Source: Gemmatimonadales bacterium (GTDB taxonomy: Bacteria > Gemmatimonadota > Gemmatimonadetes > Gemmatimonadales > JACORV01). Taken from it: DNA of 64,000 bases. Below, one piece after another: positions 1 to 8,550 of the stretch. The notes below the pieces were generated by a model. The model did not search any database. It was given only the letters and a program-made list of their open reading frames with translations, and was not told where the DNA came from. How positions within the stretch are numbered: position 1 is the stretch's first letter; each line of letters starts with the position of its first letter. The position numbers and the translations under genes are program-made. The stretch lies in assembly GCA_030697825.1 (NCBI GenBank), contig JAUYOW010000049.1, positions 12,221 to 76,220 on the forward strand, given 5' to 3'.

Positions 1-1
1 G

Positions 2-754
2 CGCGCCTCGGCACAGATGATCTCGTACGAAGTCTCGATGGGCCTCTCCGCCGTCGCGGTGCTCGTGCTGGCGGGGAACATCACCCTCCCCGAGATCATT
101 CAGCGCCAGCAGCAGAGCACCTGGTTCGTCATCCCGCTCTTCATCGCGTTCTTCCTCTTCCTGGTGTCGGCGTTCGCGGAGACCAACCGGCTCCCGTTCG
201 ACCTTCCCGAGGCAGAGGCGGAGCTGGTAGCGGGATACCACACCGAGTATTCCGCCATGAAGTTCTCGATGTTCTACATAGCGGAGTACTCGAACATGGT
301 GACGGCGTCGGCGCTGCTGGTGACACTGTTCTGGGGTGGATGGGACATCCCGTTCACCCATTGGGACGAGGCGCCGTGGACCGCCGGCAAGAGCATCGCC
401 ACGTTCTTCGCGTTCTGGGCCAAGACGCTGTTCTTCATGTTCCTCTATATCTGGGTGCGCTGGACGCTGCCGCGGTTCCGCTTCGACCAGCTGATGGACC
501 TGGGCTGGAAGGTCATGCTCCCGATCGCGCTCGCGTACGTGATGATCACGGCCACCGGGGTCTGGGCGCTGGAGGCGGCGGGCCTCGGCGTGGGCCGGAC
601 GGGCGCCCTGGTCCTGGGCGGAGTGAACCTGGTGCTGGCCGTGCTCCTCTTCCGGGTCCTCGACCGACGCCGGATGATCGGCGGGGCAGGGCAGCGCGGG
701 CGGGTGAAGTGGCGGGCGGAGGCGGCGGCACTCCGCGCCGCGGGAAGTAGCTGA
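2..754 (+). CDS. nuoH: NADH-quinone oxidoreductase subunit H (N-terminus upstream of window)
   Basis: Frame is open to the window edge (..RASAQMISYEVSMG). AETNRLPFDLPEAEAELVAGYHTEYS motif of NuoH/ND1. First gene of a nuoH-N run. Confidence 0.92.
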   Translation, partial: RASAQMISYEVSMGLSAVAVLVLAGNITLPEIIQRQQQSTWFVIPLFIAFFLFLVSAFAETNRLPFDLPEAEAELVAGYHTEYSAMKFSMFYIAEYSNMVTASALLVTLFWGGWDIPFTHWDEAPWTAGKSIATFFAFWAKTLFFMFLYIWVRWTLPRFRFDQLMDLGWKVMLPIALAYVMITATGVWALEAAGLGVGRTGALVLGGVNLVLAVLLFRVLDRRRMIGGAGQRGRVKWRAEAAALRAAGSS

Positions 755-755
755 G

Positions 756-1262
756 ATGGCCATCGGCGTGAAGACGGTGAAGCGGCCCGCGGGCGACACC
801 TCGTACGTGCGCGCCACGCTCAAGGGGATGTCGCTCACCTTCAAGCACATCTTCCAGAAAAGCTGGACGATGCAGTATCCGGAGGAGACGTCCGACGCCG
901 AGTGGACGATCTCGAAACGATGGCGCGGCACGCACCGCATGGCGGTGGACGAGAACGGGAAGGCCAAGTGCACAGCGTGCGGGCTCTGCCCGCAGGTCTG
1001 CCCGGCCAACTGCATCAAGCTCATCCCGGGCGAGGACGAGCACGGCAACCGCTACCCGCTGGTCTACGAGATCGACGAGTTCCGGTGCGTGTTCTGCGGC
1101 TACTGCCAGGAAGTATGCCCTGAGGAGGCCATCCACGTCGGCGTCCACTACGAGAACGCCGAGTACAGCCGGGACGGCTTCGTGTACGACCTGGAACGGC
1201 TGATGAACCAGAAGCACGAAGTGTCGTCGCTGTGGGACCCCGGCGACCCCAAGGGCCAGTAG
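756..1262 (+). CDS. nuoI: NADH-quinone oxidoreductase subunit I (2x[4Fe-4S] ferredoxin)
   Basis: Two cluster motifs, CTACGLCPQVCP and CVFCGYCQEVCP. Position between nuoH and nuoJ. Confidence 0.93.
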   Translation: MAIGVKTVKRPAGDTSYVRATLKGMSLTFKHIFQKSWTMQYPEETSDAEWTISKRWRGTHRMAVDENGKAKCTACGLCPQVCPANCIKLIPGEDEHGNRYPLVYEIDEFRCVFCGYCQEVCPEEAIHVGVHYENAEYSRDGFVYDLERLMNQKHEVSSLWDPGDPKGQ

Positions 1263-1265
1263 CGG

Positions 1266-1781
1266 ATGCGTGAAGTCGTGTTCTACGCCAGCGCCGCGAT
1301 CGCCATCGCTTCGGCGGTGCTGTGCATCACGCGCAAGAGCCCGGTGGCGAGCGCGCTGTGGCTGGTTTCGACCCTGTACCAGCTCGCGGTGCTCTACGTC
1401 CTGCTTGACGCGCACTTCATAGCGGCCGTCCAGGTGCTGGTGTACGCCGGCGCCATCATGGTGCTGTTCCTGTTCGTCATCATGCTGCTCAACCTGGGGC
1501 GCGCGGGGCCGAGCGACATGGCGGGCGCGGGCCGCCGGGTGGTCGCCGGCGTGGCGGGGCTGGTTCTGGCCGGCGAGCTGCTGGCCTTCCGGCTGGCGGT
1601 GCCGCCGGGCGAGCTCGTCCTGCCGGCGGGGACGGTGTCGCGGATGGTCGAGGAGCAAGGCGCGGTGACGGCGGTGGCGAAGCCGCTCTTCGAGGCCTAC
1701 CTCGTCCCGTTCGAGATCACCTCGTTGATGCTCCTCGCGGCGATGGTCGGCGCCGTGGTCCTCGCGAAACGGAAGCTCTGA
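1266..1781 (+). CDS. nuoJ: NADH-quinone oxidoreductase subunit J
   Basis: 171-aa polytopic membrane protein in the J slot. ND6-like hydrophobic profile. Confidence 0.85.
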   Translation: MREVVFYASAAIAIASAVLCITRKSPVASALWLVSTLYQLAVLYVLLDAHFIAAVQVLVYAGAIMVLFLFVIMLLNLGRAGPSDMAGAGRRVVAGVAGLVLAGELLAFRLAVPPGELVLPAGTVSRMVEEQGAVTAVAKPLFEAYLVPFEITSLMLLAAMVGAVVLAKRKL

Positions 1782-1783
1782 CC

Positions 1784-2077
1784 GTGCTCGGGCCGTCACT
1801 CGCCGTCTCGGCGATCCTCTTCTCCCTCGGTGTCGTCGGCGTCCTGCTTCGGCGCAACGCGATCGTGATCTTCATGTGCATCGAGCTGATGCTCAATGCG
1901 GTGAACCTCACCTTCGTCGCTCTGTCGCAACAGCTGGGGCTCGACGGCCAGGTGTTCGTGTTCTTCGTCATGACGGTCGCCGCCGCAGAGGCCGCCGTTG
2001 GGCTCGCGATCATCATCGCTCTCTACCGCCATCGCGACACCCTCGACCTCCAGAACATGAACTTGCTGCGCGGGTGA
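1784..2077 (+). CDS. nuoK: NADH-quinone oxidoreductase subunit K
   Basis: 97-aa three-helix protein (..[15 protein letters not shown].. / [12 protein letters not shown]) typical of NuoK/ND4L. Confidence 0.88.
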   Translation: MLGPSLAVSAILFSLGVVGVLLRRNAIVIFMCIELMLNAVNLTFVALSQQLGLDGQVFVFFVMTVAAAEAAVGLAIIIALYRHRDTLDLQNMNLLRG

Positions 2078-4050
2078 ACCCACTCACCGGCACCGCGGCC
2101 GACTACGTCGGCCTGGCGATCCTCCTGCCGTTCCTGGGCTTCCTGGTGAACGGCGCCCTCGCGTTCGCGCGCCCGAATGACCAGCGCGTCGTCAGCATCG
2201 TGGGCGTCGGGTCGGTCGCGGCCGCTTTCGTGGTGGCGGTGCTGGTCTTCCTCGCGGTGCTGGGCAAGCACCCGGAGGAACCGTACGTCCGGAGCTTCTG
2301 GACCTGGATGGCCGCCGGAGACCTGGAAGTGCGCGCCGCGCTCCAGGTGGACCAGCTGTCGGTCGTGATGATGCTGGTGGTCACGGGGGTGGGCGCGCTG
2401 ATCCACGTCTTCAGCGTCGGGTACATGCACGATGACCCGGGGTACGCACGCTACTTCGCGTACCTCAACCTCTTCATCGCGTTCATGCTGGTGCTGGTGC
2501 TGGGCGCGAGCTTCCCGGTGCTCTTCATCGGATGGGAGGGCGTGGGTCTCTGCTCCTACCTGCTGATCGGCTTCTGGTTCACGGACCGGCAAAAGGCCGC
2601 GGCCGGGCTGAAGGCCTTCGTGGTGAACCGCATCGGCGACTCCGGCTTCCTGGTCGCGATGTTCCTGCTGTACCGGCACCTCGGCACGCTGGACTTCGTC
2701 GCGGTGAACGCGCTCGCGCCCGAGCGGCTCACCGCGGCGGGGCCGACGGTCACTGCGATCGCCCTGCTCCTCTTCCTGGGTTGCGCCGGGAAGTCGGCGC
2801 AGATCCCGCTCTACACCTGGCTGCCCGACGCGATGGCCGGCCCCACTCCGGTCTCCGCGCTGATCCACGCCGCGACGATGGTGACGGCGGGCGTCTTCCT
2901 GGTGGCGCGGGCCGGCATCCTGTTCGCGATGGCGCCGACGGCGGGCGCGGTGGTGGCCGGCGTCGGCGCGGTCACGGCGCTCTTCGCGGCCACGATCGGC
3001 CTCAAGCAGTGGGACATCAAGAAGGTGCTCGCCTACAGCACCGTCTCGCAGCTGGGCTACATGTTCGTCGGGGTCGGCGTCGGCGCCTACAGCGCCGGCA
3101 TCTTCCACCTGGTGACGCACGCCTTTTTCAAGGCGCTGCTCTTCCTGGGCTCGGGGAGCGTGATCCACGCGCTGCACCACGCGTACCACCAGACCGATCG
3201 CCACGCCGATCCGCAGGACATGCGGAACATGGGCGGCCTGCGGCACGCCCTCCCGATCACGTTCAAGACGATGGGGATCGCGACCCTGGCCATCGCGGGG
3301 ATCCCGCCGCTGGCGGGGTTCTTCTCGAAGGACGAGATCCTGGCCTCCGCGTTCGCCCGCGGGTCGGAGCATCCTTTCTGGTACCTGGTGTGGGTGGTGG
3401 GCGCGGTCGCGGCGCTGCTCACGGCCTTCTACATGACCCGGCTCATGCTCTACACCTTTTACGGCCCGAACCGCACCGGTGAGGCCGAGCAGCCGCACCT
3501 CAAGGAATCGCCGAAGGTGATGACCGTCCCGCTGGTGGTGCTCGCCGCGCTCACCGTCCTGGGCGGCGCGGTCAACCTGCCGCACGTGGGATCGTTGCAC
3601 CACTGGCTCGAGCCGGTGACCGGTCGCGCCGCGCAGTTCCTGGGGGAGGCCGTGCCGTCCCTCGGCCTGGAGCTAGTGCTGATGGCGATCGCGGTGGTCC
3701 TCGCGGTCGCGGGCATCCAGCTCGCCCGGACGCGGCTGCGGCCGGAGCGGCTCGTGCCGGCCGACCAGGCGCCGCCGGAGCGGGGATTCGAGCGGCTCCT
3801 GCTCGAGAAGTACCGCGTGGACGAGCTGTACGACGCCGTCGTCGTGCGGCCCGTCGTATGGCTGTCGCGGGTGGTCCTTTGGAAGGGAGTCGACGCCGGC
3901 GCGATCGACGGGGCCGGCGTCAACGGTTCCGCGGCCGTGGCGCGCGCGCTGGGCTGGCTTGGCAGCCGCCTGCAGACCGGCCAGGTGAGTTCGTACGTCC
4001 TCTTCTTCGTCCTCGGCGCGCTGGCGGTACTCGGCGCGATGGCCCGGTAG
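2074..4050 (+). CDS. nuoL: NADH-quinone oxidoreductase subunit L
   Basis: GTG at 2074 overlaps the nuoK stop (GTGA). The upstream 66 codons of the 1876 ORF overlap nuoK in another frame and are Arg/Pro-rich, so that start is rejected. ND5-type motif [15 protein letters not shown]. Confidence 0.9.
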   Translation: MNPLTGTAADYVGLAILLPFLGFLVNGALAFARPNDQRVVSIVGVGSVAAAFVVAVLVFLAVLGKHPEEPYVRSFWTWMAAGDLEVRAALQVDQLSVVMMLVVTGVGALIHVFSVGYMHDDPGYARYFAYLNLFIAFMLVLVLGASFPVLFIGWEGVGLCSYLLIGFWFTDRQKAAAGLKAFVVNRIGDSGFLVAMFLLYRHLGTLDFVAVNALAPERLTAAGPTVTAIALLLFLGCAGKSAQIPLYTWLPDAMAGPTPVSALIHAATMVTAGVFLVARAGILFAMAPTAGAVVAGVGAVTALFAATIGLKQWDIKKVLAYSTVSQLGYMFVGVGVGAYSAGIFHLVTHAFFKALLFLGSGSVIHALHHAYHQTDRHADPQDMRNMGGLRHALPITFKTMGIATLAIAGIPPLAGFFSKDEILASAFARGSEHPFWYLVWVVGAVAALLTAFYMTRLMLYTFYGPNRTGEAEQPHLKESPKVMTVPLVVLAALTVLGGAVNLPHVGSLHHWLEPVTGRAAQFLGEAVPSLGLELVLMAIAVVLAVAGIQLARTRLRPERLVPADQAPPERGFERLLLEKYRVDELYDAVVVRPVVWLSRVVLWKGVDAGAIDGAGVNGSAAVARALGWLGSRLQTGQVSSYVLFFVLGALAVLGAMAR

Positions 4051-4055
4051 CTGGC

Positions 4056-5606
4056 ATGCAGGCATTCCTCACCAACGTCGGCTACGCGCGCTGGGCGATC
4101 ACGGCGCTCCTCCTCATCCCGATGGCCGGCGCACTCATCATCCCGGGGTTGCCCACCCGCCTGGCGAAGCGCGTGGCGCTGTTTGTGACGCTGGTCGAGT
4201 TGGTGGTCTCGCTGGGCCTCTGGTGGGCGTACGATCCTTCCGGCGGGGCGTTCCAGCTCACCGCCACGGCGCCGTGGATCCCGGCGTGGGGCATCGCCTA
4301 CCGGGTGGCGATCGACGGCATCTCGCTCGCGATGGTTCTGCTCACGACCTTCCTCATGCCGCTCGCGGTGCTGGGGAGCTGGAGCGGCATCACGACGCGG
4401 GAGCGGTCGTTCTACAGCCTCATGCTAGTGCTCACCTCCGGCATGATTGGGGTGTTCGTCGCGACCGACCTGTTCCTCTTCTACGTGTTCTGGGAGGTGA
4501 TGCTGATCCCGATGTACTTCATCATCGGGGTCTGGGGCGGCAGGGGCCGGCTCTACGCGAGCATCAAGTTCTTCGTGTACACGATGCTCGGCTCGCTGCT
4601 CATGCTGGTCGCCATCCTCTACCTGTACTACAACGCCTACCGAACCGCCGGCGGGCCACCCTCCTTCGCGTACGACCGGATCCTCCAGCACGCCTCGGTG
4701 CCCATCGGCGCGCAGTTCTGGCTCTTCGCGGCGTTCTTCCTCGCGTTCGCCATCAAGGTGCCGATGGTGCCGTTCCACACCTGGCTCCCCGACGCGCACG
4801 TCGAGGCGCCGACGGCGGGTTCGGTCATCCTGGCGGGCATCCTCCTGAAGATGGGCACCTACGGCTTCATCCGCTTCGCGCTGCCGTTCTTCCCGCGAGT
4901 CGCCTTCGACCCGACGGTGAGCGCCGTCGTCATCACGCTGGCTGTGATCGGCATCGTATACGGGGCCCTCGTCGCGATGGTGCAACCCGACTTCAAGAAG
5001 CTGATCGCGTACTCGTCGGTGAGCCATATGGGGTTCGTCGTACTGGGCATCTGGGCACTCACCGTGGAGAGCGTCCAGGGCGCTCTGATGGTCATGATAA
5101 GCCACGGTATCTCGACCGGGGCGCTGTTCTTCCTGGTGGGCATGATCTACGAGCGGCGGCACAGCCGGATGATCGGCGACTTCGGCGGGATCGCGCGGGT
5201 GGTGCCGGCGTTCGCGGCCGTGCTCACCATCGTCAGCCTGTCGTCCATAGGGCTCCCCGGGACCAACGGCTTCGTCGGCGAGTTCCTGGTGCTGCTCGGC
5301 TCGTTCAAGACCCACCCGGTGGCCGCCGGGATCGCCACCACGGCCGTGATCCTCGCTGCCGCTTACCTGCTGTGGGCGCTGCTGCGCATGCTCTACGGCC
5401 CACTGGACAAGAAGGAGAACGAGTCGCTGACGGACCTCACGCCGCGCGAGTACGCGATCCTGGTCCCGCTGCTGGCCATGATCTTCTGGCTCGGCCTTTC
5501 GCCGGGGCCGATGCTGCGCAGGATGGAGCCGTCGGCGCGGAACTTCATCGAGTCGGTGCAGGGACCGGCCGGCGACGTGCGGGTCGCCGACAGGGAGCGC
5601 CGATAA
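4056..5606 (+). CDS. nuoM: NADH-quinone oxidoreductase subunit M
   Basis: ATG 4056 lies 5 nt after the nuoL stop. ND4-type motifs FWEVMLIPMYFIIGVWGG and WLPDAHVEAPTAGSV. Confidence 0.9.
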   Translation: MQAFLTNVGYARWAITALLLIPMAGALIIPGLPTRLAKRVALFVTLVELVVSLGLWWAYDPSGGAFQLTATAPWIPAWGIAYRVAIDGISLAMVLLTTFLMPLAVLGSWSGITTRERSFYSLMLVLTSGMIGVFVATDLFLFYVFWEVMLIPMYFIIGVWGGRGRLYASIKFFVYTMLGSLLMLVAILYLYYNAYRTAGGPPSFAYDRILQHASVPIGAQFWLFAAFFLAFAIKVPMVPFHTWLPDAHVEAPTAGSVILAGILLKMGTYGFIRFALPFFPRVAFDPTVSAVVITLAVIGIVYGALVAMVQPDFKKLIAYSSVSHMGFVVLGIWALTVESVQGALMVMISHGISTGALFFLVGMIYERRHSRMIGDFGGIARVVPAFAAVLTIVSLSSIGLPGTNGFVGEFLVLLGSFKTHPVAAGIATTAVILAAAYLLWALLRMLYGPLDKKENESLTDLTPREYAILVPLLAMIFWLGLSPGPMLRRMEPSARNFIESVQGPAGDVRVADRERR

Positions 5607-5607
5607 C

Positions 5608-7128
5608 ATGCCGCTCGATCTAGATACCGGACGCGGCCTCGCCGTCGGGCTGTTGCCCGAGATCATCCTGAGTGGCTGGGCGATGCTGCTGCTGCTGGTC
5701 GCCGCGTGGCGTCACCGCGAGCCGGGCGCGCAGCGCCAGCTGGGCTGGCTCAGCGTGGCAGGCCTGACGCTCACATCGGTGGTCGTCGCGTGGCTGTGGG
5801 CGAAGGGCGTGCACGCCGAGGGCCTGACGACCTCGATGGCGGTGGACGCGTTCCGGTGGGCGGTGGACCTCATCGTCCTGCTGGGCGCGGCGCTGACGAT
5901 CCTCCTCTCGATCGGGTACCTCGACCGTGAGGGGATCCAGGTCCCCGAGTACCACATCCTCGTCCTCTTCGCCACGGTCGGGATGATGCTCCTGGCCGGC
6001 GGGGCGGACCTCTTCGTGATCTTCCTCGGACTCGAGCTGATGTCGGTCTCGGTGTACGTGCTCGCCGGGATCAACCGGAGGAGTGCCGTCGGCGCCGAGG
6101 CGGCGCTGAAGTACTTTCTGCTCGGGGCGTTCGCCTCCGCGTTCTTCCTGTACGGAATCGCGCTGGTCTACGGGGCGACCGGCACGACCAAGCTCGCGGT
6201 GATGGGCATGCAGGTGAGCAGCCTCGGGGTCGCGAAGCACCCGATGCTCGTGGCCGGCCTCGGGCTCCTCTTCATCGGCTTCGCCTTCAAGGTCGCTGCC
6301 GTGCCTTTCCATATGTGGGCGCCCGACGTATACGACGGCGCTCCTTCGCCGGTCACGGCCTTCATGGCCGCGGCGGTGAAAGCCGCGGCGTTCGGCGCCT
6401 TCGTGCGGCTGCTGCTGATGGGGTTCTCGAGCATGCACCCGAGCTGGGACGTCGTCATCTGGTGGCTGGCCGCGGTGACGATGGCGGTCGGGAACCTCGT
6501 CGCGTTGGCGCAACGCAACCTGAAGCGCATGCTGGCCTACTCGAGCGTCGCCCACGCGGGTTACCTGCTGACCGCGCTGGTCAGCGGATCGCTCGCCGGG
6601 GCGGCGGCGTTCCTCTTCTACCTCTTGTTCTACACGCTCATGACGGTGGGTGCCTTCGCCGTGCTCATCGCCAAGGGCCGGGGAGGCGAGCGTGACGTCA
6701 CGACCGACGACCTCGCCGGCCTGGCCGAATCCGACCCGTGGCTCGCGTTCGTCATGGCCGTGTGCATGCTCTCACTGCTGGGTTTCCCGGGTACGGCCGG
6801 GTTCATCGGCAAGTGGTACATCCTGACGTCCGCTACGGGGAGCGGGTATGCGGTGCTGGCCGCGGTCCTGGTCCTGACGAGCGTGGTCTCGGCGGGCTAT
6901 TATCTCCCGGTCATCATGGCCATGTACATGAAGCCCCGGCTCCACGAGCAGGCGCACGCTGAGGTGAAGCTCCCGGGCCTGGTGCGCGGGATGCTCGTGG
7001 CCGTCGTGGCGGCCCTGCTCCTGTTCGGCGTGTGGCCCAACGAGGTGTTGAAGGCGGCGCGCGACGGCTCGCACGCCTTCCTGCCGGCGAGCGCCGCGGT
7101 CGTCGCCTCGCCCATGGCCACCCACTAG
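5608..7128 (+). CDS. nuoN: NADH-quinone oxidoreductase subunit N
   Basis: ND2-type antiporter-like subunit (LGLELMSVSVYVLAG, FHMWAPDVYDGAPSPVTAF). Last gene of the nuo run. Confidence 0.9.
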   Translation: MPLDLDTGRGLAVGLLPEIILSGWAMLLLLVAAWRHREPGAQRQLGWLSVAGLTLTSVVVAWLWAKGVHAEGLTTSMAVDAFRWAVDLIVLLGAALTILLSIGYLDREGIQVPEYHILVLFATVGMMLLAGGADLFVIFLGLELMSVSVYVLAGINRRSAVGAEAALKYFLLGAFASAFFLYGIALVYGATGTTKLAVMGMQVSSLGVAKHPMLVAGLGLLFIGFAFKVAAVPFHMWAPDVYDGAPSPVTAFMAAAVKAAAFGAFVRLLLMGFSSMHPSWDVVIWWLAAVTMAVGNLVALAQRNLKRMLAYSSVAHAGYLLTALVSGSLAGAAAFLFYLLFYTLMTVGAFAVLIAKGRGGERDVTTDDLAGLAESDPWLAFVMAVCMLSLLGFPGTAGFIGKWYILTSATGSGYAVLAAVLVLTSVVSAGYYLPVIMAMYMKPRLHEQAHAEVKLPGLVRGMLVAVVAALLLFGVWPNEVLKAARDGSHAFLPASAAVVASPMATH

Positions 7129-7167
7129 CGAGCCTCGGGGACCGCTCGCGGTCTCCGTTACCGGCCC

Positions 7168-8550
7168 ATGCGAGTCGATCCGGTCATCTTCCGCCAGTAC
7201 GACATCCGCGGCACCGTCGGAGTGGATCTCACGCCCGACGTTGCCCGCGCCATCGGACTGGCCGTGGGCTCCGAGTCTCGCCAGCGTCTTGGTCGCATCC
7301 CCACGCTTGCCGTGGGGCGAGACAACCGTCCGAGCGGCGAAGCACTGGTCGGCGCGCTCACCGAGGGACTGATCGCCACCGGAGCAAAGGTGCTCTCGGT
7401 CGGTCTCGTCCCCACTCCCACGTTGTACTTCGCCATCCACCACCTGCGTGCCGACGGAGGCGTTCAGGTCACCGGCTCGCACAACCCGCCGGAGTTCAAC
7501 GGTTTCAAGATGGTGCTCGATGGCCTGCCGTTCGCCGGCGATGACATCCAGGGGCTGCGAGCGCGCATCGAGGCGGAGCGCTTTACGGCGGGAAGTGGCG
7601 CCGTCCTGAGCCACGAGGTTCTCGACGCCTATCGTGACGAGGTCGTGCGCCGAGTCGGCAAATTGCCGCGCCGGGTGCGCGCCGTCGTGGACTGCGGCAA
7701 CGGCACCGCCTCCGTGGCGGCGCCGGAGTTGCTGAGGGCGCTGGGGGCCGACGTTATCGAGCTCTTCTGCGAGTCGGACGGCAGCTTCCCGAACCACCAC
7801 CCCGATCCGACCGTCCTGCACAACCTCGAGGACCTGCGCGCCACGGTGAAGCGCGAGCGCGCCGAGTTGGGGATCGCCTTCGACGGCGACGGCGACCGCA
7901 TCGGCGCTGTGGACGAGAGGGCGGATGTGCTCTTCGGCGACCAACTCCTGGTGATCTACGGCCGGGACATGACCCGCCGCCTCGGACCGGGCCGCGAGGT
8001 CATCTTCGACGTGAAGTGCTCCGACCTGCTCCCGATGGCGCTGGAGCAAGCCGGCGCGCGGCCGGTCATGTGGATGACGGGTCATTCGTACATCAAGACC
8101 AAGATGAAGGAGTCGGGCGCTCCGCTGGCCGGCGAGATGAGCGGCCACATGTTCTTCGGCCCGCCGGACTACCTCGGCTTCGACGACGCTCTGTATGCCG
8201 CGGCGCGGCTCCTCAAGATCGTCGCCGAGCGGCAAGGTCCGATGTCGGGGCTCCTGGCCGACCTGCCTCGCTACGTGTCCACCCCGGAGATCAGGGTGGA
8301 CTGCGCGGAGGACCGGAAGGTGAAGGCGGTGGCGGCGGCGGCACGCCATTTCTCCGCCCGCTACCCGACGATCACCATAGACGGCGTGCGGTGGCGCGCC
8401 GAAGACGGATGGGGACTGATCAGGGCCTCGAACACCCAACCCATACTCGTCCTCCGCTTCGAGGCCCGAACCGCCGAGGGGCTGGGCCGCATTCGCCGGG
8501 AGGCACTCGACGTACTCGCGGCGGAGGGGGTGAGCGTCCCGGGCCAATGA
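7168..8550 (+). CDS. phosphomannomutase/phosphoglucomutase family enzyme
   Basis: Phosphoserine loop VTGSHNPPEFNGFKM and Mg site AFDGDGDRIGAVDE. 460 aa. Confidence 0.87.
   Translation: MRVDPVIFRQYDIRGTVGVDLTPDVARAIGLAVGSESRQRLGRIPTLAVGRDNRPSGEALVGALTEGLIATGAKVLSVGLVPTPTLYFAIHHLRADGGVQVTGSHNPPEFNGFKMVLDGLPFAGDDIQGLRARIEAERFTAGSGAVLSHEVLDAYRDEVVRRVGKLPRRVRAVVDCGNGTASVAAPELLRALGADVIELFCESDGSFPNHHPDPTVLHNLEDLRATVKRERAELGIAFDGDGDRIGAVDERADVLFGDQLLVIYGRDMTRRLGPGREVIFDVKCSDLLPMALEQAGARPVMWMTGHSYIKTKMKESGAPLAGEMSGHMFFGPPDYLGFDDALYAAARLLKIVAERQGPMSGLLADLPRYVSTPEIRVDCAEDRKVKAVAAAARHFSARYPTITIDGVRWRAEDGWGLIRASNTQPILVLRFEARTAEGLGRIRREALDVLAAEGVSVPGQ

Noticed and set aside
546-1799. 417-aa ORF on the minus strand antisense to nuoH-nuoJ. 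Similar long antisense or out-of-frame ORFs occur elsewhere (e.g. 2023-3603, 6772-8547, 12992-14068, 43800-46136, 58071-59558).
   Set aside because: Their translations are Arg/Pro/Gly/His/Asp-rich and low-complexity. Each fully overlaps well-supported genes with clear family motifs. Long stop-free antisense frames are expected at about 70% GC.
8016-8546. Long N-terminal extensions offered by the ORF track (starts at 1876, 3858, 8016, 11140, 13609, 16181, 16717, 17373, 19022, 21180, 22100, 23803, 24749, 43494, 45974, 50034, and on the minus strand 54743, 58485, 59834).
   Set aside because: In every case the extension overlaps the preceding gene in another frame and is Arg/Pro/Gly-rich. A downstream ATG or GTG gives a canonical protein N-terminus, usually with a 1-4 nt overlap to the upstream stop.
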